A stretch of DNA of 64,000 nucleotides from a bacterium (GTDB taxonomy: Bacteria > UBA8248), in NCBI GenBank assembly GCA_965221165.1, contig CBDCRP010000003.1:512001-576000 (forward strand), in the 5' to 3' direction. The translations under genes and the position numbers were made by a program. The notes under the pieces were generated by a model, which worked only from the letters and a program-made list of their open reading frames with translations, made no database searches and was not told the origin of the DNA. Below are positions 23,819-34,138 of the stretch, in pieces (within the stretch, counting starts at the first letter, position 1; each line of letters starts with the position of its first letter).

Positions 23819-24973
23819 TCACGCCACTTCGGTGAGCTTGCGCCGTCCCGCCCCCGATGGCCTGAGCAGCCGGCCGCCCAGAACCACGTGCGTCGCCTCG
23901 AGCATCTGGTTTCCCTTGCGACGCGCCCCCAGGGAGTCCTCGAAAACGAACCTGCCCTCGCGCATCCGGAACACGGCCACGTCGCCCCTGGCGCCTTTTT
24001 TGAGCGTTCCCACCTTTCCTTTCAGGCCAATCCACTCGGCCGCCGTCTGTGTACTGAGCCGCACCACTTCCGCAAGGGGGAAGCCCAGAGCCAGAAACTT
24101 GCTCATGAGGCTTGGGAAATCATACACCGGACCATGGATGCAGTGCGTATGGAGGTCGGTGCTCAGATTCCCCGGCATCAGGCCCTGCGCCATGGCGCGC
24201 TCCATAATCTCGAAGCTGAAGCTCGAGCGCCCATGCGCCACGTCGAGCAGAACGCCGGAATCCCGCGCCTCCCACACCGCGCGGCGCACCCGTCCCCGTG
24301 TGTCGAGTATGTTCTCCCGCCTGCCGTGAAACGCGTGCGTAAGCACGTCCCCCGCGCGGAGGCGCTTCAAAATGCTCGGCAAAGAAGACGGCGTGTTCCC
24401 CACGTGCGCCATAAGCGGTACTTTCAGGAACTCCGATGCTTCGAGCGCCGCGTCCAGGGGTCTCATGCCGCTACGCTCCACCACGTCGTCGCTCAGGCGC
24501 ACCTTCATGCCGATGAGGTATTTCCGGTGCTTCTGGTAGCACGCCACGGCCCTGTCCACGCGCAGCGCGCGCATGTCGATGTTCTCGCCCAGGCCGTCGA
24601 TCAGGAGCCCGCCTTCCGAGATGTTCAGGTAAGCGCGCACCGTCGGACGGGCTTTATCGAGAAACCACTCCTGAAAACTCGGGTACGTCTGCGCTCCGGC
24701 GCTGCCCGTATCCACCGCCGTCGTCACGCCGCGCGAGAGCATGGTGGCCTCCAGGTTCACGCCGTAGTGCGTAAAACCCTCATAAAAATGGCAGTGGAGG
24801 TCGACCAGACCGGGGGTGACGATTTTTCCCCTGGCGTTCAGCGTCCGCCTGCCCCCCGGCTCGATGTGGGGGGCCACCCGCCTCACGCGGCCGCGCGCGA
24901 TTTCGACGTCCATCGTCCCTTCCAGACTCTGTGAGGGATCGACCACATACCCGCCGCGTATGACGAGGTCCAT
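23819..24973 (-). CDS. Amidohydrolase/deacetylase-family metallohydrolase (dihydroorotase-like)
   Basis: PGLVDLHCH, GVTTAVDTGSAG, GMKVRLS, LTHAFHG, DVAHG, STDLH; ATG at 24973. Confidence 0.85.
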   Translation of the reverse strand: MDLVIRGGYVVDPSQSLEGTMDVEIARGRVRRVAPHIEPGGRRTLNARGKIVTPGLVDLHCHFYEGFTHYGVNLEATMLSRGVTTAVDTGSAGAQTYPSFQEWFLDKARPTVRAYLNISEGGLLIDGLGENIDMRALRVDRAVACYQKHRKYLIGMKVRLSDDVVERSGMRPLDAALEASEFLKVPLMAHVGNTPSSLPSILKRLRAGDVLTHAFHGRRENILDTRGRVRRAVWEARDSGVLLDVAHGRSSFSFEIMERAMAQGLMPGNLSTDLHTHCIHGPVYDFPSLMSKFLALGFPLAEVVRLSTQTAAEWIGLKGKVGTLKKGARGDVAVFRMREGRFVFEDSLGARRKGNQMLEATHVVLGGRLLRPSGAGRRKLTEVA

Positions 24974-25150
24974 GCGGAAAACTCCTTCGACGAAACGGGG
25001 CGCACGCCGTAAATATGGACGAGCGCCGGAGCGGTCAAAAAGCGGATTTGGACCATTATTCCCCCCGAAGCGTTGACATGCAATCGCCGCGGGGCGCTCA
25101 AGCGATGGGCCGGATAAATGAATCATTCAGAGGGGATGTAACAAGGAAAA

Positions 25151-25180
25151 TTGACAAAGTTAAAGTGATCTATTTATATT
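25151..25180 (+). promoter_or_regulatory. Possible sigma70 promoter of the TA pair
   Basis: TTGACA-N18-TATATT. Confidence 0.45.
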
Positions 25181-25212
25181 GCGAACATAGTTGCACATAC
25201 TGGAGAAGAGAA

Positions 25213-25392
25213 ATGGGGCGAAATACAGCGAAAAATCTTGAAGATGTCGCTTATGATGAAGTAGCGAAGGAACTTGAAGATGCCGTTGACGCCAAAATAG
25301 CCGAGAAAATTCTAAGCGATATTCAAGAAGGCCGTGAAAAACTCATATCAGGACAAGAATTAACCGAGACCCTTGATCGCATTATCAAATAG
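25213..25392 (+). CDS. Putative antitoxin (short, acidic)
   Basis: 59 aa, ELEDAVDAKIAEKILSDIQEGREKLIS; stop overlaps the toxin start; low GC. Confidence 0.7.
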   Translation: MGRNTAKNLEDVAYDEVAKELEDAVDAKIAEKILSDIQEGREKLISGQELTETLDRIIK

Positions 25393-25652
25393 TGAATCCG
25401 TACGAAATCATATATACGGAGAGAGCCCTACATGCTCTCGAAAAACTGCCAACCAAAAAACTAAAGCGGCAAATAACGAACAAGATCGATAAATTGGTGG
25501 ACAGCGAGGCGCAAGGAGGAATAAGAGTCCGCGGGATTTCGAGCAATGTTTACCGGATAAGATCGGGTGATTATCGAATTCTGTATACCATTGATCGGGA
25601 TTTCAAAATCAACATTCTCGACATCGGGCACCGAAAAGACATCTCCCGTTAA
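25392..25652 (+). CDS. relE: RelE/StbE-family toxin
   Basis: YEIIYTERA...YRIRSGDYRILY...IGHRKDI. Confidence 0.85.
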   Translation: MNPYEIIYTERALHALEKLPTKKLKRQITNKIDKLVDSEAQGGIRVRGISSNVYRIRSGDYRILYTIDRDFKINILDIGHRKDISR

Positions 25653-25774
25653 GATATGTTCTTCAATCGAATTATTTTGCCCCGATTCCATAACTAGCTC
25701 ATCCTGGATTCATAAGGCGTCTATCAATTTGCGTATCTCATTCCCATCCAAAACCAAACCGCTGGAGCCATGAA

Positions 25775-26947
25775 ATGAGCCTGCAAACGGAATCCACGCT
25801 GCAATTCGACCTCGACGAAACGCAAAAGATGCTTCGCCAGACGGTCCGCGAACTCTCGGAGCGCTACATCGCCCCGCGCGCCGCCGACATCGACGAGAAC
25901 GAGGAATACCCCGAAGACATCTACCAACTGCAAAAAGACCACGGCCTGCTCGGCATCTTCTTCCCCGAGGAATACTCAGGCGGCGGGATGGGCTTTCTGG
26001 GCGGCTGCATCGCCATCGAGGAGATCGCGCGCGTCTGCTCGAATTCTCCTCTTTTCATCGTGCTCAACATGCTCTCGAGCCGCGTCATCGACTTGAGCGG
26101 TACGCAGGAGCAGAAAAACCACTACATGACGGGCCTCGCCAAAGGCGAGTTGAGAGGCTCCTACGCCCTTACCGAACCTCACGCGGGCTCAGACGCCGGC
26201 AACATCCGAACGCGCGCCGTCAAGGAGGGCGACGAATGGGTCATTAACGGCACCAAGTGCTTCTGCACGGGGCCCGACAAGGCGGACTTCATCACCGTCG
26301 CCGCCAAGACCGACCCCCACGCGGGAACGCGCGGGATCACCTACTACATCATGCCCACCGACACGCCGGGCTTCAGCATCGCCAAGCACGAGCGCAAGAT
26401 GGGGATGCGGGGCATTGCAACCTGCATGCTGAATCTCGACAACGTGGCCGTCCCGCTCGAGAACCAGGTGGGTGAGTTGAACCAGGGTTTCAAGACCGCG
26501 ATGGTAGGCTTCAATCAGATGCGGCCCGCCATCGGCTCGCGCGCGGTGGGTCTGGCCCAGGGCTGTCTCGACTACGCGGCCAACTACGCCAAGGAGCGCG
26601 AGGCGTTTGGAAAGCCCATCGCCCAGCACCAGGCCGTGCAGTTCATACTCGCCGACATGTTCATGGACATCGAGGCGGCGCGGCTGCTCGTCTACCGCGC
26701 GGCGGCCATGGTGGATGCGGGGCAAATCGGCAAGGAGAACGCCAGGTATTTCTCGACGGCCAAGACCTATGCGGCCGACATGGCGATGAAGTGCGCGATA
26801 GACGGCATCCAGGTCCTGGGCGGGGCGGGCTACATGAAGGACCACCCGCTCGAACGATTCATGCGCGACGCCAAGCAGATCCAGATAGTCGAGGGAACGA
26901 GCCAGATACAGCGGATGATCATCGCCCGGAACCTGCTCGACCTCTAG
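25775..26947 (+). CDS. Acyl-CoA dehydrogenase (1)
   Basis: ALTEPHAGSD, INGTKCF, KMGMRG, QVLGGAGY, IVEGTSQIQR. Confidence 0.93.
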   Translation: MSLQTESTLQFDLDETQKMLRQTVRELSERYIAPRAADIDENEEYPEDIYQLQKDHGLLGIFFPEEYSGGGMGFLGGCIAIEEIARVCSNSPLFIVLNMLSSRVIDLSGTQEQKNHYMTGLAKGELRGSYALTEPHAGSDAGNIRTRAVKEGDEWVINGTKCFCTGPDKADFITVAAKTDPHAGTRGITYYIMPTDTPGFSIAKHERKMGMRGIATCMLNLDNVAVPLENQVGELNQGFKTAMVGFNQMRPAIGSRAVGLAQGCLDYAANYAKEREAFGKPIAQHQAVQFILADMFMDIEAARLLVYRAAAMVDAGQIGKENARYFSTAKTYAADMAMKCAIDGIQVLGGAGYMKDHPLERFMRDAKQIQIVEGTSQIQRMIIARNLLDL

Positions 26948-26959
26948 GAGCGCGCGGAG

Positions 26960-28126
26960 GTGACTGGAAAGCCAGGCTCTCAAGGCGCGTTCGAACTTAG
27001 CGAAGCCCAGCGTATGCTGGGCGAGACGGTGTATGAGCTGAGCCGACGCCACATCGCGCCGCGCGCCGCCGAAATCGATGAGAACGACGAATATCCCGAA
27101 GACGTCTTCGAGCTTCTGAAATCACACGACCTGCTCGGCCTCTATGTTCCCGAAGCCTATGGCGGGGCGGGGCTCGGCATCCTGGAAACTTGCGTCGCCA
27201 TCGAGCAGATGGCGCGGTTTTGCTCGAACTCTCCCCTATTCTTCTCCGTCCACCTGCTCGCCACGCGGCCCGTCGCCGGCGGCGGAAGCGAGGCGCAGAA
27301 AAACCGCTATCTTGCCGGCGTCGCCCGGGGCGAGTTGCGGCCCGCCTTCTCGCTCACCGAGCCGCACGCGGGTTCTGACGCCGCGAACATATCGACGAGG
27401 GCGGTCAAGGATGGGGATTCGTGGGTGATCAACGGCCATAAATGCTACTGCACGGGTTCGAGCGTGGCTGATTTCATCACCGTGGCGGCGAAGACGGAAC
27501 CTGATAAGGGGGCGAGGGGCATATCTTTTTTCATCGTTCCCAGGGGCGAGTTCCGCGTGGGCCGCCATGAGCGGAAGATGGGGATGCGGGGCATCCCGAC
27601 GTGTGAGATTTTCCTCGAAAAGGCGCGCGTTCCCTTGGAAAACATGATCGGCGAGCCGGGCCTTGGCTTCAAGACCGCCATGCTCGGCTTCAACCAGGCG
27701 CGGCCCGCCATCGGCGCGCGGGGCGTGGGCCTTGCGCAGGGGTGCCTCGATTACGCATCCGGGTACGCAAAGGAACGCGAGGCTTTTGGAAAACCCATCG
27801 CCCAGCACCAAGCCGTTCAATTCATGCTCGCCGACATGTTCATGGAAACCGAGGCGGCCCGTCTGCTCGTTTACCGCGCCGCCTCGATGGTGGATAATGG
27901 CGACTACCAAAAAGAACATGTGCATTTCATTTGCGCCGCGAAATGCTACGCCACCGACGTGGCCATGAAGGCCGCCGTGGACGGCGTTCAGGTCTTGGGC
28001 GGCGCGGGCTACATGAAAGACCATCCGCTCGAGCGGTTCATGAGAGACGCCAAGCAACTGCAAATCATCGAGGGAACCAACCAGATTCAGCGGATGGTCA
28101 TCGCCCAGAATTTATTAAGTTTATAG
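26960..28126 (+). CDS. Acyl-CoA dehydrogenase (2), close paralog of (1)
   Basis: SLTEPHAGSD, KMGMRG, QVLGGAGY, IIEGTNQIQR. Confidence 0.93.
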   Translation: MTGKPGSQGAFELSEAQRMLGETVYELSRRHIAPRAAEIDENDEYPEDVFELLKSHDLLGLYVPEAYGGAGLGILETCVAIEQMARFCSNSPLFFSVHLLATRPVAGGGSEAQKNRYLAGVARGELRPAFSLTEPHAGSDAANISTRAVKDGDSWVINGHKCYCTGSSVADFITVAAKTEPDKGARGISFFIVPRGEFRVGRHERKMGMRGIPTCEIFLEKARVPLENMIGEPGLGFKTAMLGFNQARPAIGARGVGLAQGCLDYASGYAKEREAFGKPIAQHQAVQFMLADMFMETEAARLLVYRAASMVDNGDYQKEHVHFICAAKCYATDVAMKAAVDGVQVLGGAGYMKDHPLERFMRDAKQLQIIEGTNQIQRMVIAQNLLSL

Positions 28127-28154
28127 TTCAAGTTCCCCATTACGGAGATTCGAG

Positions 28155-28763
28155 ATGAGCCAGATGATTGAAATCGTAAAACCCACCTCCTTCGTTCGCG
28201 CGGGCGACCACCCCCTGGCGGAGCGCCCCGAAGACCTGGGGGGACTCCGAATCGGCTTTTTCCACAACAACAAGCCCAACGCCGACGTTTTGCTGGAGCG
28301 AATCGAGGAGCTTTTCTCCCAACAAGACGAAACGCTGCGCTTTATCCGCTGGGGAAAGCCGAACCCGACCCTGCCGGAGGATCGCCTCGAAGAATTCCGC
28401 GAACAGGTGGACGTGGCCGTCTGCGCGGTGGGCGACTGAGGGAGTTGCACGTCATGGAGTATCCATGACTCGGTGGAGATGGAAAAGGCAGGCGTTCCGA
28501 CGGCCACGTTCTGCTCCAGTGAATTTTCGGCCCTGGGCGCGAACGAGAGAACGGCTTTGGGGATGCCCGGCCTTCCGATAGTCGTCGTGGCGCATCCGGT
28601 GGGGGGAATCGCGCCCGAAAAAGCGCGCGCTCTGGGAGACGGCGCGATGGAGGAGGTGCGGCGCATCCTCACGAGCGATGCCGAATCGCTCCGAAAGGAA
28701 TACCGGGAACGCGAATACGTCCCGCCCCGAAAGACGGTGCGCCACAAGGCGCTCTTCACATAG
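28155..28763 (+). CDS. UGSC-family selenoprotein, 202 aa, Sec at UGA 28437-28439
   Basis: ORFs 28155-28439 and 28473-28763 are in one frame: ...AVGD-UGA-GSCTSWSIHDSVEMEKAGVPT. This gives a UxxC motif, and a SECIS-like hairpin follows. Confidence 0.88.
28451..28469 (+). promoter_or_regulatory. Bacterial SECIS-like hairpin
   Basis: GTCATGGA-GTA-TCCATGAC, a perfect 8-bp stem after an 11-nt spacer from the UGA, with G in the loop. Confidence 0.8.
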
Positions 28764-28776
28764 GCGGGCCTACAAT

Positions 28777-29853
28777 ATGAACGACCACTCTCAGGAAAAT
28801 CTTGCACTTGAAAGCGAGCGCGTAAAGGTTCGCAACACGCCCGAGGCGCTCGCGCGCCTGCTCGAAGCGCGGGGATGGGGAGACGGCCTGCCCGTCGTCG
28901 CCCCTACGCCCGAGCGCGTCGCCCGAATGGTGGAGGGCGCAGGCCTGGCCCCTGATGCGGAAATCGGCCTCATGCCGCCCCGCCAGGGAGTCATCACCAT
29001 GGAGGCCCTCGCCGTGAACGCCGTGATGGCCGGCTGCCTTCCGGCGTACATGCCCGTTCTGGTGGCCGCGGTCCGGGCGGTGCTGGCGCCCGAGTTCTCG
29101 CTCCACGCGATTCAGGCGACGACCCACCCGGTGGCGCCTCTCATCATCGTGAACGGCCCGGTGGTGGAGGAAATAGGCTTGAACGCCGAATATGGATGCT
29201 TCGCCCCCGGCAACCGGGCGAACGCGACGATAGGCCGCGCGTTGCGCCTGGCGCTTTTGAACATCGGGGGCGCGAGCCCCGGCGTTCTGGATCGCGCCAC
29301 GCAAGGATCCCCTGCGAAATACGCGTTCTGCATCGCCGAGAACGAGGCGGCCTCCCCCTGGGAGCCGCTGCACGTAGAGCGCGGTTTTGCGCCCGAGGAG
29401 AGCGCGGTGACGCTGGTTGGCTGCGAGGGACCCCACAACGTCAACGATCACGTGAGCCACACGGCGGAGGGGATTCTCGCCACCGCCGCCGATACGATGT
29501 CCATCATGGGGAGCAACAATTTCTATCTGCGCGGAGAACCCGTTCTCGCGCTCGGCCCCGAGCACGCGGCGACCATCGCGGGGGACGGCCACACGAAAGC
29601 GGACGTGAAGCGGAGAATCGTCGAACTCGCCCGCAAGCCCGTGCGCCGGCTAAAGCTCGGCGCCATGTGGGGTATGCAGACCTGGGGCGAGGAGATAGCC
29701 AAAAACGAAGGCGATGATGATTTCGAGATTCCGCTTCTCGACGGGCCCCAAGACTTACTCCTCATCGTCACTGGCGGGGCCGGCAAGCACTCGTGCTACC
29801 TGCCCACCTTCGGCCCCACGCGCTCGGTGACCCGGCGGATCGAAAACGGCTGA
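28777..29853 (+). CDS. Conserved hypothetical protein typically paired with UGSC proteins
   Basis: GWGDGLPVVAPT, AVNAVMAGCLP, NRANATIGRA, ENE..SPWEPLHVERGF, GGAGKHS; 13-nt gap after the UGSC gene. Confidence 0.8.
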   Translation: MNDHSQENLALESERVKVRNTPEALARLLEARGWGDGLPVVAPTPERVARMVEGAGLAPDAEIGLMPPRQGVITMEALAVNAVMAGCLPAYMPVLVAAVRAVLAPEFSLHAIQATTHPVAPLIIVNGPVVEEIGLNAEYGCFAPGNRANATIGRALRLALLNIGGASPGVLDRATQGSPAKYAFCIAENEAASPWEPLHVERGFAPEESAVTLVGCEGPHNVNDHVSHTAEGILATAADTMSIMGSNNFYLRGEPVLALGPEHAATIAGDGHTKADVKRRIVELARKPVRRLKLGAMWGMQTWGEEIAKNEGDDDFEIPLLDGPQDLLLIVTGGAGKHSCYLPTFGPTRSVTRRIENG

Positions 29854-29893
29854 GAACAGAAGGGATTGTAATTCCCTGCCTTTCGTTTTTGCT

Positions 29894-30120
29894 CGTCATT
29901 CCGCAGTGTTTTCATGCGGAATCCAGCGACTTTGCTTTTCGCTTTCGCCTTTCGTGGTCAAACTCGACCGAAGAAGGAGGTATTGTTCCGACTGGAGAGG
30001 AGAAAATACCGCCATGTCGTCCTTCCCATCGGCTCTGGATTCCGGCATGCGCCGGAATGAAGGCGTTCTATGATCAGTGCTTCCCTTATCGGTCGGAGCA
30101 ATCCCTCTCCCGTCGGAACA
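29894..30120. repeat. REP cluster (CGTC-type inverted pair with degenerate GGTCA hairpins)
   Basis: cgtcattccgc...gcggaatccag at 29894-29926; ctggattccggcatgcgccggaatga at 30035-30060; ggtca-aactc-gaccgaagaagga from 29956. Confidence 0.7.
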
Positions 30121-30220
30121 ATCCACCCGTTTGCGTTGCCTCGTGTTCGACCCCGTGCTAGATTTTCGTTTCTAGGAAAGACGAGTATTCTTTTCTGATG
30201 AGATGCGAGAGGGAGAACCC

Positions 30221-30622
30221 ATGGGAAAACAACAAATTAACTCGGAGAAGGTAAAGCCGGTCGGCGCGTATTCCACGGGCTGGAAGGTATCGGACGGGCA
30301 TCTCATCATGCTGGCGGGACAGGTGGCGACCGACCTGGACGGAAACACGGTCGGGGGGGACGACATCAAGGCCCAGGCCCGGCAGGTGTACGAGAACATC
30401 AAAGCCGCGCTCGAGGCGGCGGGAGCGGGGATGGAGGACGTCATCCGCCTGACCGTCTACCTCACCGATCATGCGAATTTTCCGGGCAGCATGGAGGTGC
30501 GGCAAACCTATTTCAACGAACCGTATCCGGCGAGCACGCTTCTGATTGTGAGCGGCCTGGCGAAGTCCGAATGGCTCATCGAAATCGACGCGATCGCCTT
30601 CGTGGAAGACGAGAGCCCATGA
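30221..30622 (+). CDS. RidA/YjgF-family protein
   Basis: PVGAYS, LAGQVA, QARQVYENI, PYPAST, LIEIDAIA. Confidence 0.88.
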   Translation: MGKQQINSEKVKPVGAYSTGWKVSDGHLIMLAGQVATDLDGNTVGGDDIKAQARQVYENIKAALEAAGAGMEDVIRLTVYLTDHANFPGSMEVRQTYFNEPYPASTLLIVSGLAKSEWLIEIDAIAFVEDESP

Positions 30623-31473
30623 GGAGCCCGAGAACCATCGCCGAAGCGCTCGTGGTCGTCAAGGGAGGCGGCGACCTCGCCACCGGCGTGGCGCACCGCT
30701 TACACCGCGCGGGCTTTCCGGTCATGATCACCGAGATCGAGAACCCCACCATGGTCAGGCGCACCGTCTCCTTCGCCGAGTGTCTCTATGCGGATGCGTG
30801 GCATGTGGAGGGTGTAACCTCCATGCGGGCGGACGGCGAAACGCCTGCGGAGAAAGCAGCGAACGCGCGCGCCATCCTGGAAGCAGGTTCGATTCCGGTG
30901 ATGGTGGACCCGCGCGCCGAAACGATTCCCCTCGTTCAGCCCGCCGCTTTGGTCGATGCGATTCTGGCCAAGCGGAACCTCGGCACGCGCATGTCCGACG
31001 CCGAGGTCGTGGTCGGCCTGGGGCCCGGCTTCACCGCGGGCCTGGATTGCCACGCCGTCATCGAGACCTCCCGGGGACACGACCTGGGGCGGGTGATTCT
31101 GGAGGGCGCCGCGAAACCGAACACCGGCGTTCCCGGCCCCATCGGCGGCTACACGACCGAGCGGCTGCTGCGCGCGCCCCAGGCCGGCGTATTCACCTCC
31201 ATCGCCCGGATCGGCGACGCCGTGAGAGCGGGAGAAACCCTCGCCCGTGTGGACGGGGCGGAGGTCACCTCCGCCATCGACGGCGTTTTGCGCGGCCTCC
31301 TGAGGGACGGGGTCGAGGTGAGCGCGGGCTTCAAGGTGGGAGACGTCGACCCGAGGGCCGAGCCCGCCCACTGCCACACGATATCCGATAAATCGCGCGC
31401 CATCGGCGGCGGCGCGCTCGAGGCCATCATGATGTTCCTGTTCGGCGTTTCAGCCATGGAGTATGTGAATTGA
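30619..31473 (+). CDS. yqeB: Selenium-dependent molybdenum cofactor biosynthesis protein YqeB (EF2563 type)
   Basis: VVVKGGGDLATGVAHRL, VRRTVSFAE, VDAILAKRNLGT, GLGPGF, ETSRGHDLG, KVGDVDPR, ISDKSRAIGGG; ATGA overlap with ridA. Confidence 0.92.
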   Translation: MRSPRTIAEALVVVKGGGDLATGVAHRLHRAGFPVMITEIENPTMVRRTVSFAECLYADAWHVEGVTSMRADGETPAEKAANARAILEAGSIPVMVDPRAETIPLVQPAALVDAILAKRNLGTRMSDAEVVVGLGPGFTAGLDCHAVIETSRGHDLGRVILEGAAKPNTGVPGPIGGYTTERLLRAPQAGVFTSIARIGDAVRAGETLARVDGAEVTSAIDGVLRGLLRDGVEVSAGFKVGDVDPRAEPAHCHTISDKSRAIGGGALEAIMMFLFGVSAMEYVN

Positions 31474-32354
31474 GCACTGAAATCTTGACGGAAACGGTGG
31501 AAAACGGCGCCTACCGCATCGGGCGCAGCAACATTCCGATCAACGAAGCGAACGGGAACTCCTTCGTTCCCCCCGCGCAGTTCTATCTGGCCGCGGGCGA
31601 TGCGCTCGAGCGCACCGCGTGGGCGGTGAGCCGGAACCTGCCCGTTCTCCTCGTGGGGGAAACCGGCGTCGGCAAGACGCTCTCGGTGCGCCACCTGGCC
31701 CACATGACCAACAACGGCTTCAGGCGCGTGAACCTGAACGGCATGACCACGGTCGATGAATTCGTGGGCAAGCTGATGATCAACGAACAGGGCACCTACT
31801 GGGTGAACGGCATTCTGGTCGACGCCATGCAATCGGGCGATTGGCTGCTCATCGACGAGATCAACGCGTGCCTGCCCGAAATCGCCTTTTGCCTGCACAG
31901 CCTGCTCGACGACGACCGCATGATCGTCTTGTCGGAATACGACGGCCGCATCGTCAAGCCCCATCCGAACTTCAGGCTTTTCGCCAGCATGAACCCCCAT
32001 GAGGACCGCAGGTACGGCGGCACCAAGCCCCTGAACGAGGCGCTTCTGGATCGCTTTCCGGTCACCGTGAAAATGGACTACCTGCCCTTCGAGGCGGAAG
32101 TCGAGGTCATCATGCAGCAGAGCGGAAACCACGACGAAGAGTTGATCAAGCGCATGGTGCGCGTGGGCCACGACGTGCGCGAGGCCATGAAGAACGAAAA
32201 GGTGTTCTGCACGTTCAGCACCCGGCGCCTCATAGACTGGGCGCGAATGGCCGGGCAGTTCGACCCCATGGAAGCCGCCGTCTCGACCATCTTCAGCAAA
32301 GTGAATTCTTTCGACGCCAAGGTGCTCGAGGATATCGTAGACAACCACTTCTAG
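31470..32354 (+). CDS. CbbQ/NirQ/NorQ (MoxR-clade) AAA+ ATPase
   Basis: Walker A GETGVGKT, Walker B LLIDEIN, HPNFRLFASMNP, LNEALLDRF, STRRL; TTG start overlaps the yqeB stop. Confidence 0.88.
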   Translation: MSTEILTETVENGAYRIGRSNIPINEANGNSFVPPAQFYLAAGDALERTAWAVSRNLPVLLVGETGVGKTLSVRHLAHMTNNGFRRVNLNGMTTVDEFVGKLMINEQGTYWVNGILVDAMQSGDWLLIDEINACLPEIAFCLHSLLDDDRMIVLSEYDGRIVKPHPNFRLFASMNPHEDRRYGGTKPLNEALLDRFPVTVKMDYLPFEAEVEVIMQQSGNHDEELIKRMVRVGHDVREAMKNEKVFCTFSTRRLIDWARMAGQFDPMEAAVSTIFSKVNSFDAKVLEDIVDNHF

Positions 32355-32368
32355 CCGGGAGATGAGGC

Positions 32369-34138
32369 ATGGAGCGCCGACGCGCTCGGCTCGAAGCGCT
32401 GGCGCAGGTCACCGCGCACGATTACGACCTCGCCCTGAGCTTCGGCCCCAAGGCGAAGAACGGGGAAGACGCCATTCACGTCGAAGACCCCGAACAAACC
32501 CTCGCGCGCCTGGGCGGCGGGTTGAACGACGAGCACGTCCTCAGATACCAGAAGGGCATGACGCTCATCGAGGTGGCCCATAAAATCCAGGGGACGTTCC
32601 GCTGGGCGGGCCGCGCCGCGCTCGCGAACCGCGAAAGGCCGGGCCTTTTCCATATATGGCACACGCTCGAGGACGCGCGGTGCGAAAACCGCCTCGCGGA
32701 ATCACTGCCCGGCACCAAGAAGAATTTCAGGGCCTTCATCCGTCCGGCCATCGAAGCCGCCGAGCGCAACCACGCGCACGGGGAACTCCCCCTGTTTTTG
32801 CAGATCCAGTGGGGAATCTACCTCGCGGGGGTCGGGCAGACGCCCGGCGTCCCCTCCTCACGGCCCGGAGATCTCCCCGCGGCCTGGTTCGACCCGGCCG
32901 TCGTCCAGATTTTTCACAGGCTCATCCCGCTGATAGATCGCGCCTGCTCGGCCAGTGACCCGAAAACCGCCTTCGATTGCGCAAACGAGATTTACGACGC
33001 CATCCAGCGCTATCTCACCGAAGAACAGCTCACCCGGATGAACGAGCAGGAAGAACTCTCCGACGTTCCCGAAGAAATTCTCCAGAAAATGGAGAATCAG
33101 AACATGGAGGGAGATGAAGACGAATCGCTCGAACTGCTGCACCCCGAAGCCCTCGATGAAATCGATGACGAGGAAGGGGAGCAGATAGAACTCACGCCGG
33201 AGGAACTCGCGGCCCTGGGACACTGGGCTTCGCCCTGGTTCGAGCTCGAGGGGAACAAAAAAGAGATCCACCCCACCGCAGATCATCCCGACGAGCGGAC
33301 CATCGTATTGCCGCCCGAGGGCAAGGCCGAGGAATACGCGGCGATCATGGACAGGGCGGGCAGCGCCATCAAGGTGCTGGTGTGGAAGCTCATGCAAATC
33401 ATCCAGGAGAGAACCTATACCCGTTTCAGCGGCTCGCATCGCTCCGGCAAGCTGAACCTCCCCAAACTCTGGAAACAGCGGCTGGGGAAATTCCATCTTT
33501 TCCACCGAAAAGAAGAACCCGACAAGCTCGACGTCTGCTTCACGCTGCTCGTGGACGAAAGCGGCAGCATGAACCGCGAGTCGAAATACATGGCCGCGAG
33601 AGAGGCGACCATATTCTTCGCCGAAGCGCTCGATCGTCTCGACGTGCCCTTCGAGGTCATAGGCTACTCCACCGAGAGTTCCGAAGCCGCCATGGCGGCG
33701 GCCCTCGGCCACATCCCCGCGTTCAAGTTCCGCCACATCCGGCACTCTCCGCTGCAACACCGCGTCTACAAGGGATTCGAGGATAATTTCCCCCAGGTCA
33801 AGAACCGGCTCGTCAACATCTATCCCCGCTTCAACAACTGGGACGAGGAACACCTCCTGTTCGCCTATCGAAGGCTCATACAGCGGCCCGAGGAGGAGAA
33901 AATCATCATCATCACATCGGACGGCCAGCCCAACGGGGACGCCACCCATCTCGTGAGCACGGTGAACCGGCTGCAAAAGCTCGGCGTCCGCGTCATCGGC
34001 GTCGGCGTGGTGGACCCCTTCGTGGAGCAAATCTACCCCAACCACATCGTGGTGCAGGACCTTTCTCAGCTTTCCACCGAACTCGTGAACATCCTCCGGC
34101 GCGAACTGCTCGGCGGAGTCGAGGCCCGCACTTGGTAG
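32369..34138 (+). CDS. vWA-domain partner of the AAA+ ATPase (NorD/CbbO/CobT-like)
   Basis: LEDARCE, acidic linker, MIDAS LLVDESGSM, SDGQP, VIGVGV. Confidence 0.85.
   Translation: MERRRARLEALAQVTAHDYDLALSFGPKAKNGEDAIHVEDPEQTLARLGGGLNDEHVLRYQKGMTLIEVAHKIQGTFRWAGRAALANRERPGLFHIWHTLEDARCENRLAESLPGTKKNFRAFIRPAIEAAERNHAHGELPLFLQIQWGIYLAGVGQTPGVPSSRPGDLPAAWFDPAVVQIFHRLIPLIDRACSASDPKTAFDCANEIYDAIQRYLTEEQLTRMNEQEELSDVPEEILQKMENQNMEGDEDESLELLHPEALDEIDDEEGEQIELTPEELAALGHWASPWFELEGNKKEIHPTADHPDERTIVLPPEGKAEEYAAIMDRAGSAIKVLVWKLMQIIQERTYTRFSGSHRSGKLNLPKLWKQRLGKFHLFHRKEEPDKLDVCFTLLVDESGSMNRESKYMAAREATIFFAEALDRLDVPFEVIGYSTESSEAAMAAALGHIPAFKFRHIRHSPLQHRVYKGFEDNFPQVKNRLVNIYPRFNNWDEEHLLFAYRRLIQRPEEEKIIIITSDGQPNGDATHLVSTVNRLQKLGVRVIGVGVVDPFVEQIYPNHIVVQDLSQLSTELVNILRRELLGGVEARTW

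Noticed and set aside
23819-24973. Second true pyrC
   Set aside because: The motifs fit the deacetylase-like amidohydrolase subfamily, and a canonical pyrC is already in the pyr operon.
28155-28763. Two separate small genes, or a nonsense pseudogene
   Set aside because: The shared frame, UxxC motif and SECIS-like hairpin favour Sec read-through.
31470-34138. Cobaltochelatase CobS/CobT or nitric oxide reductase NorQ/NorD
   Set aside because: Same superfamilies, but there are no cob or nor genes in the window and the pair is coupled to yqeB/yqeC, so no symbol was assigned.
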